Shown here in pieces: positions 16,872-26,233 of a DNA stretch of 64,000 bases (position 1 is its first letter; each line of letters starts with the position of its first letter). The translations under genes were made by a program, and so were the position numbers. Location: contig CAVSTD010000008.1 in assembly GCA_963730815.1 (NCBI GenBank), forward strand, positions 400,693-464,692, given 5' to 3'. Source of the DNA: an uncultured Thermoplasmata archaeon (GTDB lineage Archaea > Thermoplasmatota > Thermoplasmata > Lutacidiplasmatales > UBA184). The notes under the pieces were generated by a model. It ran no database searches. It worked only from the letters and a program-made list of their open reading frames with translations, and was not told where the DNA came from.

Positions 16872-18767
16872 ATGTCGAAAATCATCGGGATTGACCTCGG
16901 GACCAGCAACTCCGCGGCGGCCGTGCTCGAAGGCGGGCGCCCTGTCATCATTCCGAGCTCGGAAGGAACCACGGTCGGCGGAGGCAAGGCCTTCCCGTCG
17001 TACGTCGCGTTCACCAAAGACGGGCAGTTGATCGTCGGAGAACCGGCCCGTCGGCAGGCGATTTCGAACCCCGAAGGTACGGTCACTGCTTTCAAGCGGA
17101 AGATGGGAACGGACTACCAGTACACCCTTCACGGAAAGAAGTACACGCCGCAGCAGCTGTCGGCGTTCCTTCTCCAGAAGATCAAGCGGGACGCGGAAGC
17201 GTTCCTCGGCGACAAGGTGGAGAAGGCCGTCATCACCGTGCCCGCCTACTTCAACGACAACCAGCGCCAGGCGACGAAGGACGCGGGCGCGATCGCGGGC
17301 CTCGAGGTCATTCGGATCATCAACGAACCGACCGCCGCCTCCCTCGCCTACGGGCTCGACAAGGCCGGCAAGAACCAGAAGATCCTCGTTTTCGACCTCG
17401 GCGGAGGCACTCTCGATGTCACCCTGATGGACTTCGGAGAGGGTGTCTTCGAGGTCATGTCGACGAGCGGCGACACGCAGCTCGGCGGCACCGACATGGA
17501 CAACGCGGTCACCGAATGGATCGCCGCGGAATTCCAGAAGGAATCCGGCGTCAACATCCGTTCGGACAAGATGGCGATGCAGCGCGTGCGCGACGCCGCC
17601 GAGAAGGCGAAGATCGAGCTTTCCTCGACCATGGAGACCCAGATCAACCTCCCGTTCCTCACGGCCACGCACGAGGGACCGAAGCACCTCGCCTTGCCTC
17701 TGAGTCGAGCGAAGCTCGAGGAGCTCGTCCGGCCGATCGTCGACCGATGCCGGGCTCCGGTTGACCAGGCGATCAAGGACGCCAAGGTCACGAAGGACCA
17801 AATCAGCCGCGTCGTCCTGGTCGGTGGCCCCACCCGGATGCCGATCGTCCAGAAGTTCCTCGAGCAGAGCATCGGCCGCCCGATCGAGCACGGGGTCGAC
17901 CCGATGGAATGTGTCGCCACGGGCGCGGCCGTCCAGGGCGGTGTCCTCGCGGGCGAAGTGAAGGACGTGGTCCTGCTCGATGTCACGCCCCTCTCGCTGG
18001 GGGTCGAGACCCTGGGAGGTGTCGCCTCCCACCTGATCGAACGGAACACGACCATCCCCACGCACAAGAGCCAGATCTTTACGACGGCCGCGGACAGCCA
18101 GTCGACGGTCGAGATCAAGGTCTACCAGGGCGAACGGCCGATTGCGGCCGACAATGTGCCGCTGGGGAGCTTCCTCCTCACGGGAATTCCCCCGGCACCC
18201 CGGGGAATCCCGCAGATCGAGGTCTCCTTCGATATCGACGCGAACGGCATTCTGAACGTCTCGGCGAAGGACCTCGCCTCGGGCCGCAAGCAGGGGATCA
18301 CGATCACCGCGTCCAACAAGCTCTCGAAGGACGAGGTCGCCAAGATGGTCCACCAGGCCGAGGAGTTCGCCGAGAAGGACCGCGAGCGGGCCGAGCTCAT
18401 CCAAGCTCGGAACGCGGCCGAATCCCTCGCGTACGAAGCCGAGCGGGTCGTCGCCGACCAGAAGGAAAAGATCTCCGGCCCGGAAGCGGACGACCTTCGG
18501 GACAAAGTGAAGGCCCTGCGCGCGACCATCGGCAAGAGCGACGCGACGCTCCGGGAGATCCGGGACCAGACCGACGAACTCACGAAGGCGTTGCACGCGG
18601 TCGCCCAGAAGCTCTACCAGTCCGCGACCCCGCCCGAGGCCGCCCATAGCGAGGCCCCCCCGACGGGCGGGACCTCGGAGCCTCCTCCGGCAGGGGGCAC
18701 GGGACCCGTCGACGCCGACTTCAAGGTGGTCGACTCCGACCACAACGGCGAGAAGGGCCAGCCGTAG
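16872..18767 (+). CDS. dnaK: molecular chaperone DnaK (Hsp70)
   Basis: [33 protein letters not shown] and [18 protein letters not shown] are diagnostic Hsp70 motifs. Confidence 0.97.
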   Translation: MSKIIGIDLGTSNSAAAVLEGGRPVIIPSSEGTTVGGGKAFPSYVAFTKDGQLIVGEPARRQAISNPEGTVTAFKRKMGTDYQYTLHGKKYTPQQLSAFLLQKIKRDAEAFLGDKVEKAVITVPAYFNDNQRQATKDAGAIAGLEVIRIINEPTAASLAYGLDKAGKNQKILVFDLGGGTLDVTLMDFGEGVFEVMSTSGDTQLGGTDMDNAVTEWIAAEFQKESGVNIRSDKMAMQRVRDAAEKAKIELSSTMETQINLPFLTATHEGPKHLALPLSRAKLEELVRPIVDRCRAPVDQAIKDAKVTKDQISRVVLVGGPTRMPIVQKFLEQSIGRPIEHGVDPMECVATGAAVQGGVLAGEVKDVVLLDVTPLSLGVETLGGVASHLIERNTTIPTHKSQIFTTAADSQSTVEIKVYQGERPIAADNVPLGSFLLTGIPPAPRGIPQIEVSFDIDANGILNVSAKDLASGRKQGITITASNKLSKDEVAKMVHQAEEFAEKDRERAELIQARNAAESLAYEAERVVADQKEKISGPEADDLRDKVKALRATIGKSDATLREIRDQTDELTKALHAVAQKLYQSATPPEAAHSEAPPTGGTSEPPPAGGTGPVDADFKVVDSDHNGEKGQP

Positions 18768-18779
18768 AGGCTCGCTCGC

Positions 18780-19907
18780 TCACGGGACGGCGATGGGCCG
18801 GGGCCACTCGCGGCCTTTCGCCGGTCCGATGTACTCGACGTCGGGCCGAATGAGCCGATTGTCCGCCGCCTGCTCGAGCGCGTGCGCGGTCCATCCCGCC
18901 GCGCGGGCCACGGCGAACGTCGGGGTGAACATCTCCCGGGGAAGACCGACCGCCTCGAGAACGAGGGCGCTGTAGTACTCCACGTTCGTGAACAGTCGAG
19001 CCTCCGGTCGGGCCCGACGCAGCGCGGCGAGCGCGGCCCGTTCGACCGCCTCGGCGAGCGCGAACCGGGCCGGGTCGGCGACGGACCGTGCGATCTGGTG
19101 CAGCACGAGGCCGCGCGGGTCCTCGGTCTTGTACGCCCGATGCCCGAACCCGAAGAGGAGTTCTCGGCGCGCAAGGCGCTCCGAGATCCACGCTTCGGCC
19201 CGCTCGGGGGTCCCGATCGCGTCCAGCATCTCGGAGACCCGGCTCGGCGCGCCCCCGTGCAGCGGCCCCTTCAACGTGGCGAGAGCCGCCGTCGCCGCGC
19301 TGATCAGGTCCGATTGAGTGGAGATGGCCACCCGGAGCGCGAACGTCGAGGCGTTCATCCCGTGGTCCGCGAGCAGGCAGAGATATCCTTCGAGGGCCCG
19401 AACCTGTTGCGCCGTGGGCTCCGTCGCGCTGAGCATCCATAGGTAATTCGCTGCGTGAGAAAGCTCCGAGCGAGGACCCGCCGGACTCTGACCCCGGGAT
19501 CGGCGAACGAACCGCGCGAGGAGGACCGGCGTCTGGGCGATGAGTCGGAACCCTTCCTCGAGGGTAGGAGGGTAACCGTACGTGCCGTCCCCGAGGGAGG
19601 AGAGGATGGTTCGGAGGGCTTCGAGGGGAGGGAGTTGCGGTGTCAGGGCATCGACGACCCGCTCCGCCGCGGCGGGGGGGTTTCGGTTCGCCTTCAACGC
19701 GAGGACGACCTCGGGCGACGGGTCGACCGCGGGCGGGTCACCGTAGAGGAGCAGATGGACAATCGACTCGTACGGCACTCCCGGAACGAGCGCGCGTACG
19801 TCGAAACCGCGGTAGACCAGGTCGCCGGTGTTCCCTCCAACCCAGGAGACCTGGGACTGGCCGACCACCACGTCGTCCAGGCCTTTCGAGACGTGCGCCG
19901 GTGTCAC
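18780..19907 (-). CDS. citrate synthase (or 2-methylcitrate synthase)
   Basis: GLDDVVVGQSQVSWV.., LADHGMNASTF, LKGPLHGGAPS, GFGHRAYKTEDPR. Confidence 0.9.
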   Translation of the reverse strand: MTPAHVSKGLDDVVVGQSQVSWVGGNTGDLVYRGFDVRALVPGVPYESIVHLLLYGDPPAVDPSPEVVLALKANRNPPAAAERVVDALTPQLPPLEALRTILSSLGDGTYGYPPTLEEGFRLIAQTPVLLARFVRRSRGQSPAGPRSELSHAANYLWMLSATEPTAQQVRALEGYLCLLADHGMNASTFALRVAISTQSDLISAATAALATLKGPLHGGAPSRVSEMLDAIGTPERAEAWISERLARRELLFGFGHRAYKTEDPRGLVLHQIARSVADPARFALAEAVERAALAALRRARPEARLFTNVEYYSALVLEAVGLPREMFTPTFAVARAAGWTAHALEQAADNRLIRPDVEYIGPAKGREWPRPIAVP

Positions 19908-19987
19908 ACCCGACCGTATACGGGTCTCAAGATATCGTTCGCCCTGCTCGGAAAACGCTTAAGGGCCGAGTCCGGGTCCGCGGGTCG

Positions 19988-20230
19988 ATGGTCGATGGCC
20001 CGACCCACGTCGTCGAGCGCCTGCTGCAGCAGCGCGTGACCCTCGAGTTGAAGGACACGCGTTCGCTGACGGGCAAGCTCGTCGGGGTCGACGAACACAT
20101 GAACCTCGTCCTCGAGGATGCCGAGGAGCGGACCTCCGAGGTCACTCGCCACCTCGGCCGCGTCGTCCTGCGAGGGTCGAACGTCGTCACCCTGAACGCC
20201 CCGCAGGGCGCCGCAGGGAAGTCGTCCTAA
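19988..20230 (+). CDS. Sm-like archaeal protein (LSm/SmAP)
   Basis: ATG at 19988 inside ORF 19640..20230. Sm1 LTGKLVGVDEHMNLVLEDA and Sm2 GRVVLRGSNVVTL. Confidence 0.85.
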   Translation: MVDGPTHVVERLLQQRVTLELKDTRSLTGKLVGVDEHMNLVLEDAEERTSEVTRHLGRVVLRGSNVVTLNAPQGAAGKSS

Positions 20231-20934
20231 TGGGACCGTCCGCGGGCGCCAGCCTCGATTCCGGTCGTCCTCGCCCGAAGGGCGAGGCGCTCGCGGTCCT
20301 GAAACTGCTCGCGATCGCCGGCGGTGACCATGCCCCCGTCGTCTTCACCTCCCGGGAGATCGGCGAACGAATCGGGGTCAGCCAACAGGCGGCGGACCGC
20401 TACCTGCTCGCGCTCGAGGCGAAGGGTCTCCTCACCCGGTCCCTGGCGCAACGACGTCAGCGACTTCTCCTGACCCCGGCCGCCATGGAGCTCCTTCGCG
20501 TCGAGTACCACGGGTATCGCCGTATCTTCGAAGGTCCGGCGAAGGTCTCCCTCTCGGGCAAGGTGACCTCGGGGTTGGGAGAAGGCCGGTACTACCTCAG
20601 CCAGCCGGGGTACGTCATCCAGTTCACCGAGCGCCTCGGATACTCTCCCTACCCGGGCACGCTCAACGTGCGGGTGGGGGCGCAAGCCCTTCGAAAGGCG
20701 TCGCTGGTCTCCGAATGGAGCGGGATGCGCATCGACGGGTTTCACGCGAGCGGCCGGACGTTCGGTGGGGCGACGTGCTTTCCCGCCCGGATGAACGGAC
20801 ACCCCTGCCACCTCATCCATCCCGACCGGACGCACTACAAGGACGTCATCGAGTTCATCGCGCGCGACTGGCTGCGAGAGACTCTGCACATCAAGGACGA
20901 CGACGTCGTCGAAATCGCCATCGAGGAATCGTGA
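20230..20934 (+). CDS. ribK: wHTH + CTP-dependent riboflavin kinase
   Basis: N-terminal MarR-like HTH, then SGLGEGRYYLSQPGYVIQFTERLGYSPYPGTLNVRV...HLIHPDRTHY (archaeal RibK/DUF120). The start overlaps the LSm stop (TAATG). Confidence 0.85.
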   Translation: MGPSAGASLDSGRPRPKGEALAVLKLLAIAGGDHAPVVFTSREIGERIGVSQQAADRYLLALEAKGLLTRSLAQRRQRLLLTPAAMELLRVEYHGYRRIFEGPAKVSLSGKVTSGLGEGRYYLSQPGYVIQFTERLGYSPYPGTLNVRVGAQALRKASLVSEWSGMRIDGFHASGRTFGGATCFPARMNGHPCHLIHPDRTHYKDVIEFIARDWLRETLHIKDDDVVEIAIEES

Positions 20935-21952
20935 CGCCGGAATCGATCGGTCGCTTCATCGCTCGGGACCGTCGCCCGAGCCGGCCCCTTCGGGCGAGGC
21001 GCGTCGGTACGTCAACCAGTGGGTCGAGGCAGAGGCGATCGGGCCCGAGCGCGTTCGCGCGTTCGTCCTGATCCTTCGGACGCGCGGCTGTTATTGGGCC
21101 GATGTCAAAGGGTGTTCGATGTGCGGATACTCGAAGGATACGCTGGGACGGTCCGCGACGTCGGAGGAGCTCGCGGAACAACTTTCCCGGGCTCTGGCTC
21201 GCTACCGGGACGAGCCGTACGTCAAGGTCTACACCTCGGGGAGCTTCCTCGACGACCGGGAGGTCGACCCGGCGAGCCGGGCGGCGATCGTGGCGGCCTT
21301 CTCGGGGCGCGCCCGACGATTCCTGTTCGAAACGTTGCCGGAGTTCGCGCTTCCCGAGACCATCAACCCGTTGCGAGGGGCCTTCGCCGGCGAGATCGAG
21401 GTGGCACTCGGGCTCGAGTCCACCGACCCCACCGTGCTCGGACGCTTCGTCAACAAAGGCTCGCCTCCTTCCGAGTACCTCGCCGCGGCCGACCGACTCG
21501 GCCCGCTCGGGGTCCGGCGGAAGGCCTACCTGCTCCTCAAGCCGCCCTACCTCACGGAATCGGAAGCCGTCGCGGACGTGGTCCGGTCGGTTCGGGAAGC
21601 CGCCCCGCACTTCGATTCGATCTCCGTGAATCCCGTGCACATTCAGAACGGCACGGTGGTGGAGTGGTTGTACCACCGAGGACGATACCGACCGCCCTGG
21701 CTCTGGTCGCTCGTAGACGTCTTGCGCGACGGCTCCGCGGTCCGCGGGACCACGCGGCTCGTTTCCTTCCCGACCGCCGGTGGGTTGGCCCGGGGCCCGC
21801 ACAATTGCGGCGCATGCGACGCCCGGGTCCTCGCCGCGATCGAGGAGGCGTCGCTCTCCCAGGATTTCTCCGGACTCGACGAACTCGACTGCCCCTGCCG
21901 GTCGGAGTGGCGGACGACGCTCGACTACATGCCGCTGGGGGTAGAGGCGTGA
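20931..21952 (+). CDS. TIGR01210-type radical SAM protein (RaSEA-like, archaeosine pathway); N-terminus frame-broken
   Basis: LILRTRGCYWADVKGCSMCGY cluster motif. The in-frame part from 20921 has no start codon. GTG 20931 (overlapping the ribK stop, GTGA) opens VTPESIGRFIARDRRPSRP in another frame. Apparent 1-nt shift at the C-run ~20981-20990. Confidence 0.7.
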
Positions 21953-22758
21953 GCAGCCTCGTGCCCCGGCTTCCGATGCACGCGGTCGACACCATCCACC
22001 AGTTCCTGAGGGCCCACGCGCTCGGAGGGGGTTCCGACGGGGTCGTGGTGGGACTCTCCGGGGGAATCGATAGTGCGCTCGTCGCCCGCCTCGCCCGGGA
22101 CGCGCTCGGTGCCGAGCACGTGCTCGGCGTGCTCCTCCCCGACGCCCCGTTCCCGGACGCGCTCCGTAAGGAGACGGAAGAGTACGCTCGCGACCTCGGG
22201 ATCGAAACGCGAACGGTCCCGATCGAGACGGTCGAGAAAGCGTATCGCGCACTCCTTCCCGAGCTCACCGACCGGGTGTCGCTCGGGAACGTGAAGGCTC
22301 GAATCCGCATGACCGTCCTCTACGCCATCGCGAGGGAGCGCCATCGTCTCGTCGCCGGCACGGGAAACAAGTCCGAGCTCCTGCTCGGCTACTTCACGAA
22401 ATACGGCGACGGCGGCGTGGACATCGTTCCCCTCGGAGACCTGTACAAGACGGACCTTCGCAGCGTCGCGAAGGAGCTCGGAGTGCCCGAAGCGATCCAG
22501 CAACGCGCCCCCACCGCGGGGCTCTGGAAAGGGCAAACCGACGAAGAGGAGCTCGGGATCTCCTACGGGGACGTCGACCAGATCCTCTACGGCCTCGAAC
22601 AACTTCGCACGGAGGAAGAGATCGCTTCCCTGACGGGTTTCCCTCTCGCGCGCGTCCGCGAGGTCTCGGAGCGGGTCGCCCGATTTCGGCATAAGCGCCG
22701 GCCTCCCCCGATCCCGAAGGTTCGGCTCCGGACCATCGGCATGGATTGGCGAGAATGA
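21949..22758 (+). CDS. nadE: NH3-dependent NAD+ synthetase
   Basis: C-terminal 269 aa of ORF 21019..22758. GLSGGIDSALVA (PP-loop), GTGNKSELLLGYFTKYGDGG. GTG 21949 overlaps the upstream stop (GTGA). Confidence 0.9.
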   Translation: MSSLVPRLPMHAVDTIHQFLRAHALGGGSDGVVVGLSGGIDSALVARLARDALGAEHVLGVLLPDAPFPDALRKETEEYARDLGIETRTVPIETVEKAYRALLPELTDRVSLGNVKARIRMTVLYAIARERHRLVAGTGNKSELLLGYFTKYGDGGVDIVPLGDLYKTDLRSVAKELGVPEAIQQRAPTAGLWKGQTDEEELGISYGDVDQILYGLEQLRTEEEIASLTGFPLARVREVSERVARFRHKRRPPPIPKVRLRTIGMDWRE

Positions 22759-22850
22759 GATTCGGAAACCGCCCGGGCCACCCCGCGTCCTTCGGCGCAA
22801 CGTTTTACCCGCTCGCGGCTCGGGGCGCCATCTACTGACTGCGTACCTCC

Positions 22851-23735
22851 ATGGACCGAGCGACCTACCAGCGCCTCTACGATTCCCTCGTCACCTACGA
22901 GGACGTGCACCGCATTGCCCACACCGAGCACCGGGACGAGGAGTTGCTCTTCGTCATCCACACCCATCGGGTCACCCGGGACGCGACCCGTCGATTCTAC
23001 GTCGTCAAGCGCCAGCTGCCGAAGCTCGTGTCCCAGTGGAAGCGCGGCCGCTCCGTCCTCGACATCGCGCGGGAATGGAAGTTCCCGCCGGTGCTGATGG
23101 GCCAACAGATGCTCGGGGAGCTCGGCATCCCGCGCAAGAAGGTCTGGGGGGCGTTCCTGCATCCCGAGACCGCCCCGGACGCGCGGCTCCGCAAAGAGAT
23201 CGAAGAGCTCCTCGCCGCGGACATGATCTACTCTCCGCACGGGATGGAGCTGCAGCGGGAGCGGGGTCGCAAGGGGGAAGACCGCCTCCAACGGTGGCTC
23301 GAGAAGCACGGGATCGGCTTCCGGACGGAGAAGGACCTTCGGGGGAAGTACGCGAAGACCCCGGACGCGCTCCTTGACGAGCCGATCATCTTCTACGGCC
23401 AGAAGCTCACGTGGATCGAATCGAAGGCAAACTTCGGGGACGACGTCGAGCTGCGGAAGAACCTACGACGCCAGCTCGGCCCGTACACCGAGATCTTCGG
23501 CGAAGGAGCGGTCGTTTACTGGTACGGATATGTGGAGGGCGCGGAGTCGCCCCCGGGGATTCTCCTCTGGGACGGGGAAACGTTCGAAGGGATCACTCCG
23601 ATCGTACCGCCGCGCTCCGAGCGACCTCACGCTGCTCACCCGTCGCGAGATCACGTTCGACCAGCGCACCCGGTGCCGCCTCCCGCAGGCCCAGGATCAG
23701 CGCACGGCGGCTCCGGCGGCGCGCCGCCTCCTTGA
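22851..23735 (+). CDS. TPD-domain protein (C15orf41/CDIN1-like PD-(D/E)xK nuclease family)
   Basis: RGKYAKTPDALLDEPIIFYGQKLTWIESKANFGD (TPD motif plus E-x-K). The Pro-rich last ~45 aa overlap hisS convergently and may not be genuine. Confidence 0.7.
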   Translation: MDRATYQRLYDSLVTYEDVHRIAHTEHRDEELLFVIHTHRVTRDATRRFYVVKRQLPKLVSQWKRGRSVLDIAREWKFPPVLMGQQMLGELGIPRKKVWGAFLHPETAPDARLRKEIEELLAADMIYSPHGMELQRERGRKGEDRLQRWLEKHGIGFRTEKDLRGKYAKTPDALLDEPIIFYGQKLTWIESKANFGDDVELRKNLRRQLGPYTEIFGEGAVVYWYGYVEGAESPPGILLWDGETFEGITPIVPPRSERPHAAHPSRDHVRPAHPVPPPAGPGSAHGGSGGAPPP

Positions 23736-24900
23736 GCTGACGCGAAAGGTTCCGAGACAGCAGGTCGCAGTCGGCGCTCCGTCCGGCGCGCCGCAGCTCC
23801 TGCACGATCGCGATCGCCTCGGCCTGCAGGGCCGGGTCGGGGACCGCCACCGCCACGAAGGTATCGAGCGGAGGCTCGCCTTCGGGCCAGCGACCGGCGT
23901 TCTTGAGCAGGATCTCGAGCGTCTGGTCCCCGATGGCGATCCCCGCGGCCGGCGTCGGAGGGCCCTCGAACAATTCGATGAGGTGGTCGTACCGTCCGCC
24001 TCCGAACAACGCCCGGGAGTCCCCCGTCTTCGCGTACCCCTCGAAGACGATCGAGGTGTAGTAGGCCAGGCCGCGCACCACGGTGGGGTCGAAAACGGTG
24101 CGGTCGGAAAGTCCGGCCCGCTCGAGCAGCGAAAACAGTTTGCGGAGCCGTTCGACCCCCTCCAGGGCCGGGGTGTCGAGACCCTCGCGCGAGAGCTCGG
24201 AGAGGAACCGGTCGAGGTTCGCTGCGGGAATCCCGGTGCCGGCGCTCTCGAAGAAGGAGCGGAGCTCCTCCACCCGATCTGGCGAGACGCCGGCGGCCCC
24301 AAGTTCTCCTTCGAACTCCGCGGGAGGGATCTTGCGGTACTGGTCGACCGCCCGGAAGAAAGGGCCGGTCTCTTTCGCTCCGGCCCGGCGCCCGAGGCCT
24401 TCCGCGATGGCTCGGTCGCTCACCCGGAACGCATAGAGGCCCTGGGCCCCGACGTCGTCGAGGAGGAGGGCGGTCGTCGCGAGGATGTCGGTCTCGGCCT
24501 CGACCCCCGGGACTCCGAGGATATCGAGATTGAATTGCAGGAACTCCCGCGTCCTTCCGGCCTGGGGTTCCTCGTACCGCCAGGATTTCGACACCGTGAA
24601 CCATTTGGCGGGGAGCGGCTCTGACTTCGCCCGCGCGGCGAAGACGCGGGCGAGCGACGGAGTCGTTTCCGGTACGAGCGCCACCAACCGCTCTCCCTTG
24701 TCGTGGAACATCCAGGTCTGGGCCGCGATGCCTTCCCCGCTCTTCGTCTGGTAAAGCTCGAAGCTCTCGACGCACGGCGTCTCGAGTTCGACGTAGCCTC
24801 CTCGACGGGCCGCCGCCCTCATCCGACGGCGGATCTCCGAGCGGGCCCCCGCCTCGGGCGGCGGATAGTCTCGGAATCCTCGCAAGGCGTCGAACGGCAC
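23593..24900 (-). CDS. hisS: histidine--tRNA ligase
   Basis: RGFRDYPP, WRYEEPQAGRTREFLQFN, FGGGRYDHLIELF; class II HisRS motifs plus a C-terminal anticodon-binding domain. Confidence 0.95.
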   Translation of the reverse strand: MPFDALRGFRDYPPPEAGARSEIRRRMRAAARRGGYVELETPCVESFELYQTKSGEGIAAQTWMFHDKGERLVALVPETTPSLARVFAARAKSEPLPAKWFTVSKSWRYEEPQAGRTREFLQFNLDILGVPGVEAETDILATTALLLDDVGAQGLYAFRVSDRAIAEGLGRRAGAKETGPFFRAVDQYRKIPPAEFEGELGAAGVSPDRVEELRSFFESAGTGIPAANLDRFLSELSREGLDTPALEGVERLRKLFSLLERAGLSDRTVFDPTVVRGLAYYTSIVFEGYAKTGDSRALFGGGRYDHLIELFEGPPTPAAGIAIGDQTLEILLKNAGRWPEGEPPLDTFVAVAVPDPALQAEAIAIVQELRRAGRSADCDLLSRNLSRQLKEAARRRSRRALILGLREAAPGALVERDLATGEQREVARSAAVRSE

Positions 24901-24929
24901 GGCCGGAAGACCGCCGCCCGGTTAATTAG

Positions 24930-26048
24930 CTATGCCGACGGGCCGGAACGCACGCCGCTCGCGAGGACGCCGGCCCCCACGTCGACCGACCCGAGCGGCG
25001 TGAGCCGGTCGGCGAATGCCCGCAGGCGACGGAAGGCGACGAGCATTCCGACGAAGTTGCGTTGCCGCAGTTCGGTGGCGACGTCCCGGAGGTCGGTGAC
25101 CGCGGGGGCGATGTCGGCTCCGGAGGTTCGACCGTCGTTCAACCGGTCCCGGATGCGTCGAAGGTCCTCGAAGAACCGGGGTTCGAGAACGGTCCACAGT
25201 GCGACCGCCGCCCGAGCGAGGAGCTTCTCGGCCTCGGTCCGACGTCCTCGGGAGAGGAATTTTCTCCCTTCCTCGAGAGGACCTTGGGCCGGAGCGGGGT
25301 CCCCGCCGAGCTCGCGGATGGTCTGGACGAGCAGGTCGCATTCGGTGACGAGGATCCGGCCCACCTCCCATTCCTCTTCCACGCGCAGGAGTTCGTCCCG
25401 GACGTGGGTGAGGCGTCGCAGGGCACCGGGCAAGTCCCCGAGGCGAATCGACTCGCGGATCGCGTCGAGCTCGACGTCGGCGCTCGGCGTGGGCACGAGC
25501 TGCGTGAGCTCGTTGCGCTGAGCGATCGTGGCCTCGAACTCCTCGGCGAGGCCGCTCACCAGGTGGACGAACATCTCCCGGGCCAGCACGTCGAGCGAGT
25601 TCTCGTCCCCCGCGAGGGTCGCCGCGTTCGAGCGAAGTTCGAAGTCCGTGAAATCGGCGCCCATCCGTCGGCCGAGCTCGAAGTATTCTCGGATCCGCTT
25701 GCGGAGTTGCGCGTCCGTCCTGCCGGAGGGGAGCTCGGGAAGGTCCTTCAGCGGCGCGATCGCCTTCGCGGTCCGGGGGTGCTCGGGAGGAGGGCCACCG
25801 GCCGTCGCGGGGCGCTTGGGTCGGCTCATCAGGCCGTGCGAAGAGGCCAGGGCGGGAGCGACGCTCGGTTTTCCGAGATCGACGGTGGCCAACAACTCTC
25901 CGATGGTCCGAATGTAGGTGGGGTCCTGATCGGGGGAGGTACCGGCGGCCTCTCGAACGGCCGAGAAGAGCGTCACGGAAAGTTGACATTCCGGGCACTT
26001 CTGCGATTCCGGCGTCACTTCCGAGCCGCACGCGGGACACGACGCCAT
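24930..26048 (-). CDS. zinc-ribbon protein with long helical C-terminal domain (function unknown)
   Basis: MASCPACGSEVTPESQKCPECQ, then a Pro-rich linker and ~250 aa predicted helical. Confidence 0.6.
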   Translation of the reverse strand: MASCPACGSEVTPESQKCPECQLSVTLFSAVREAAGTSPDQDPTYIRTIGELLATVDLGKPSVAPALASSHGLMSRPKRPATAGGPPPEHPRTAKAIAPLKDLPELPSGRTDAQLRKRIREYFELGRRMGADFTDFELRSNAATLAGDENSLDVLAREMFVHLVSGLAEEFEATIAQRNELTQLVPTPSADVELDAIRESIRLGDLPGALRRLTHVRDELLRVEEEWEVGRILVTECDLLVQTIRELGGDPAPAQGPLEEGRKFLSRGRRTEAEKLLARAAVALWTVLEPRFFEDLRRIRDRLNDGRTSGADIAPAVTDLRDVATELRQRNFVGMLVAFRRLRAFADRLTPLGSVDVGAGVLASGVRSGPSA

Positions 26049-26233
26049 GGAAGGGCGCTAGCTCCTTCCTGGGCGACGGGGGAATCCGAATCGGCGGAGC
26101 AAGCCTTGAACGGCCACCAAAACGAAGACGCGAGACAGTGTCGTCGTGCCGATGCGCGCTCCCATGGAGCCGGACCCAGCGAATTGAATGTGGGGACCAA
26201 CTCAAAAGCTCTCGGTGAGCGCGGAAAGACGCT

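Noticed and set aside
16812-18743. 643-aa ORF antisense to dnaK. Similar long antisense or out-of-frame ORFs occur throughout, for example 173..1330, 5871..7034, 20891..22252, 24922..26736, 37803..39638 and 44253..45674.
   Set aside because: They are Arg/Gly/Asp/Pro-rich low-complexity translations without motifs, lying opposite or out of frame to genes with unambiguous family signatures. They are the expected stop-poor shadow frames of a GC-rich genome.
21019-21948. N-terminal ~310 aa of the 579-aa ORF 21019..22758
   Set aside because: This part is an out-of-frame shadow over the RaSEA-like gene. Only the segment from GTG 21949 shows NadE motifs.
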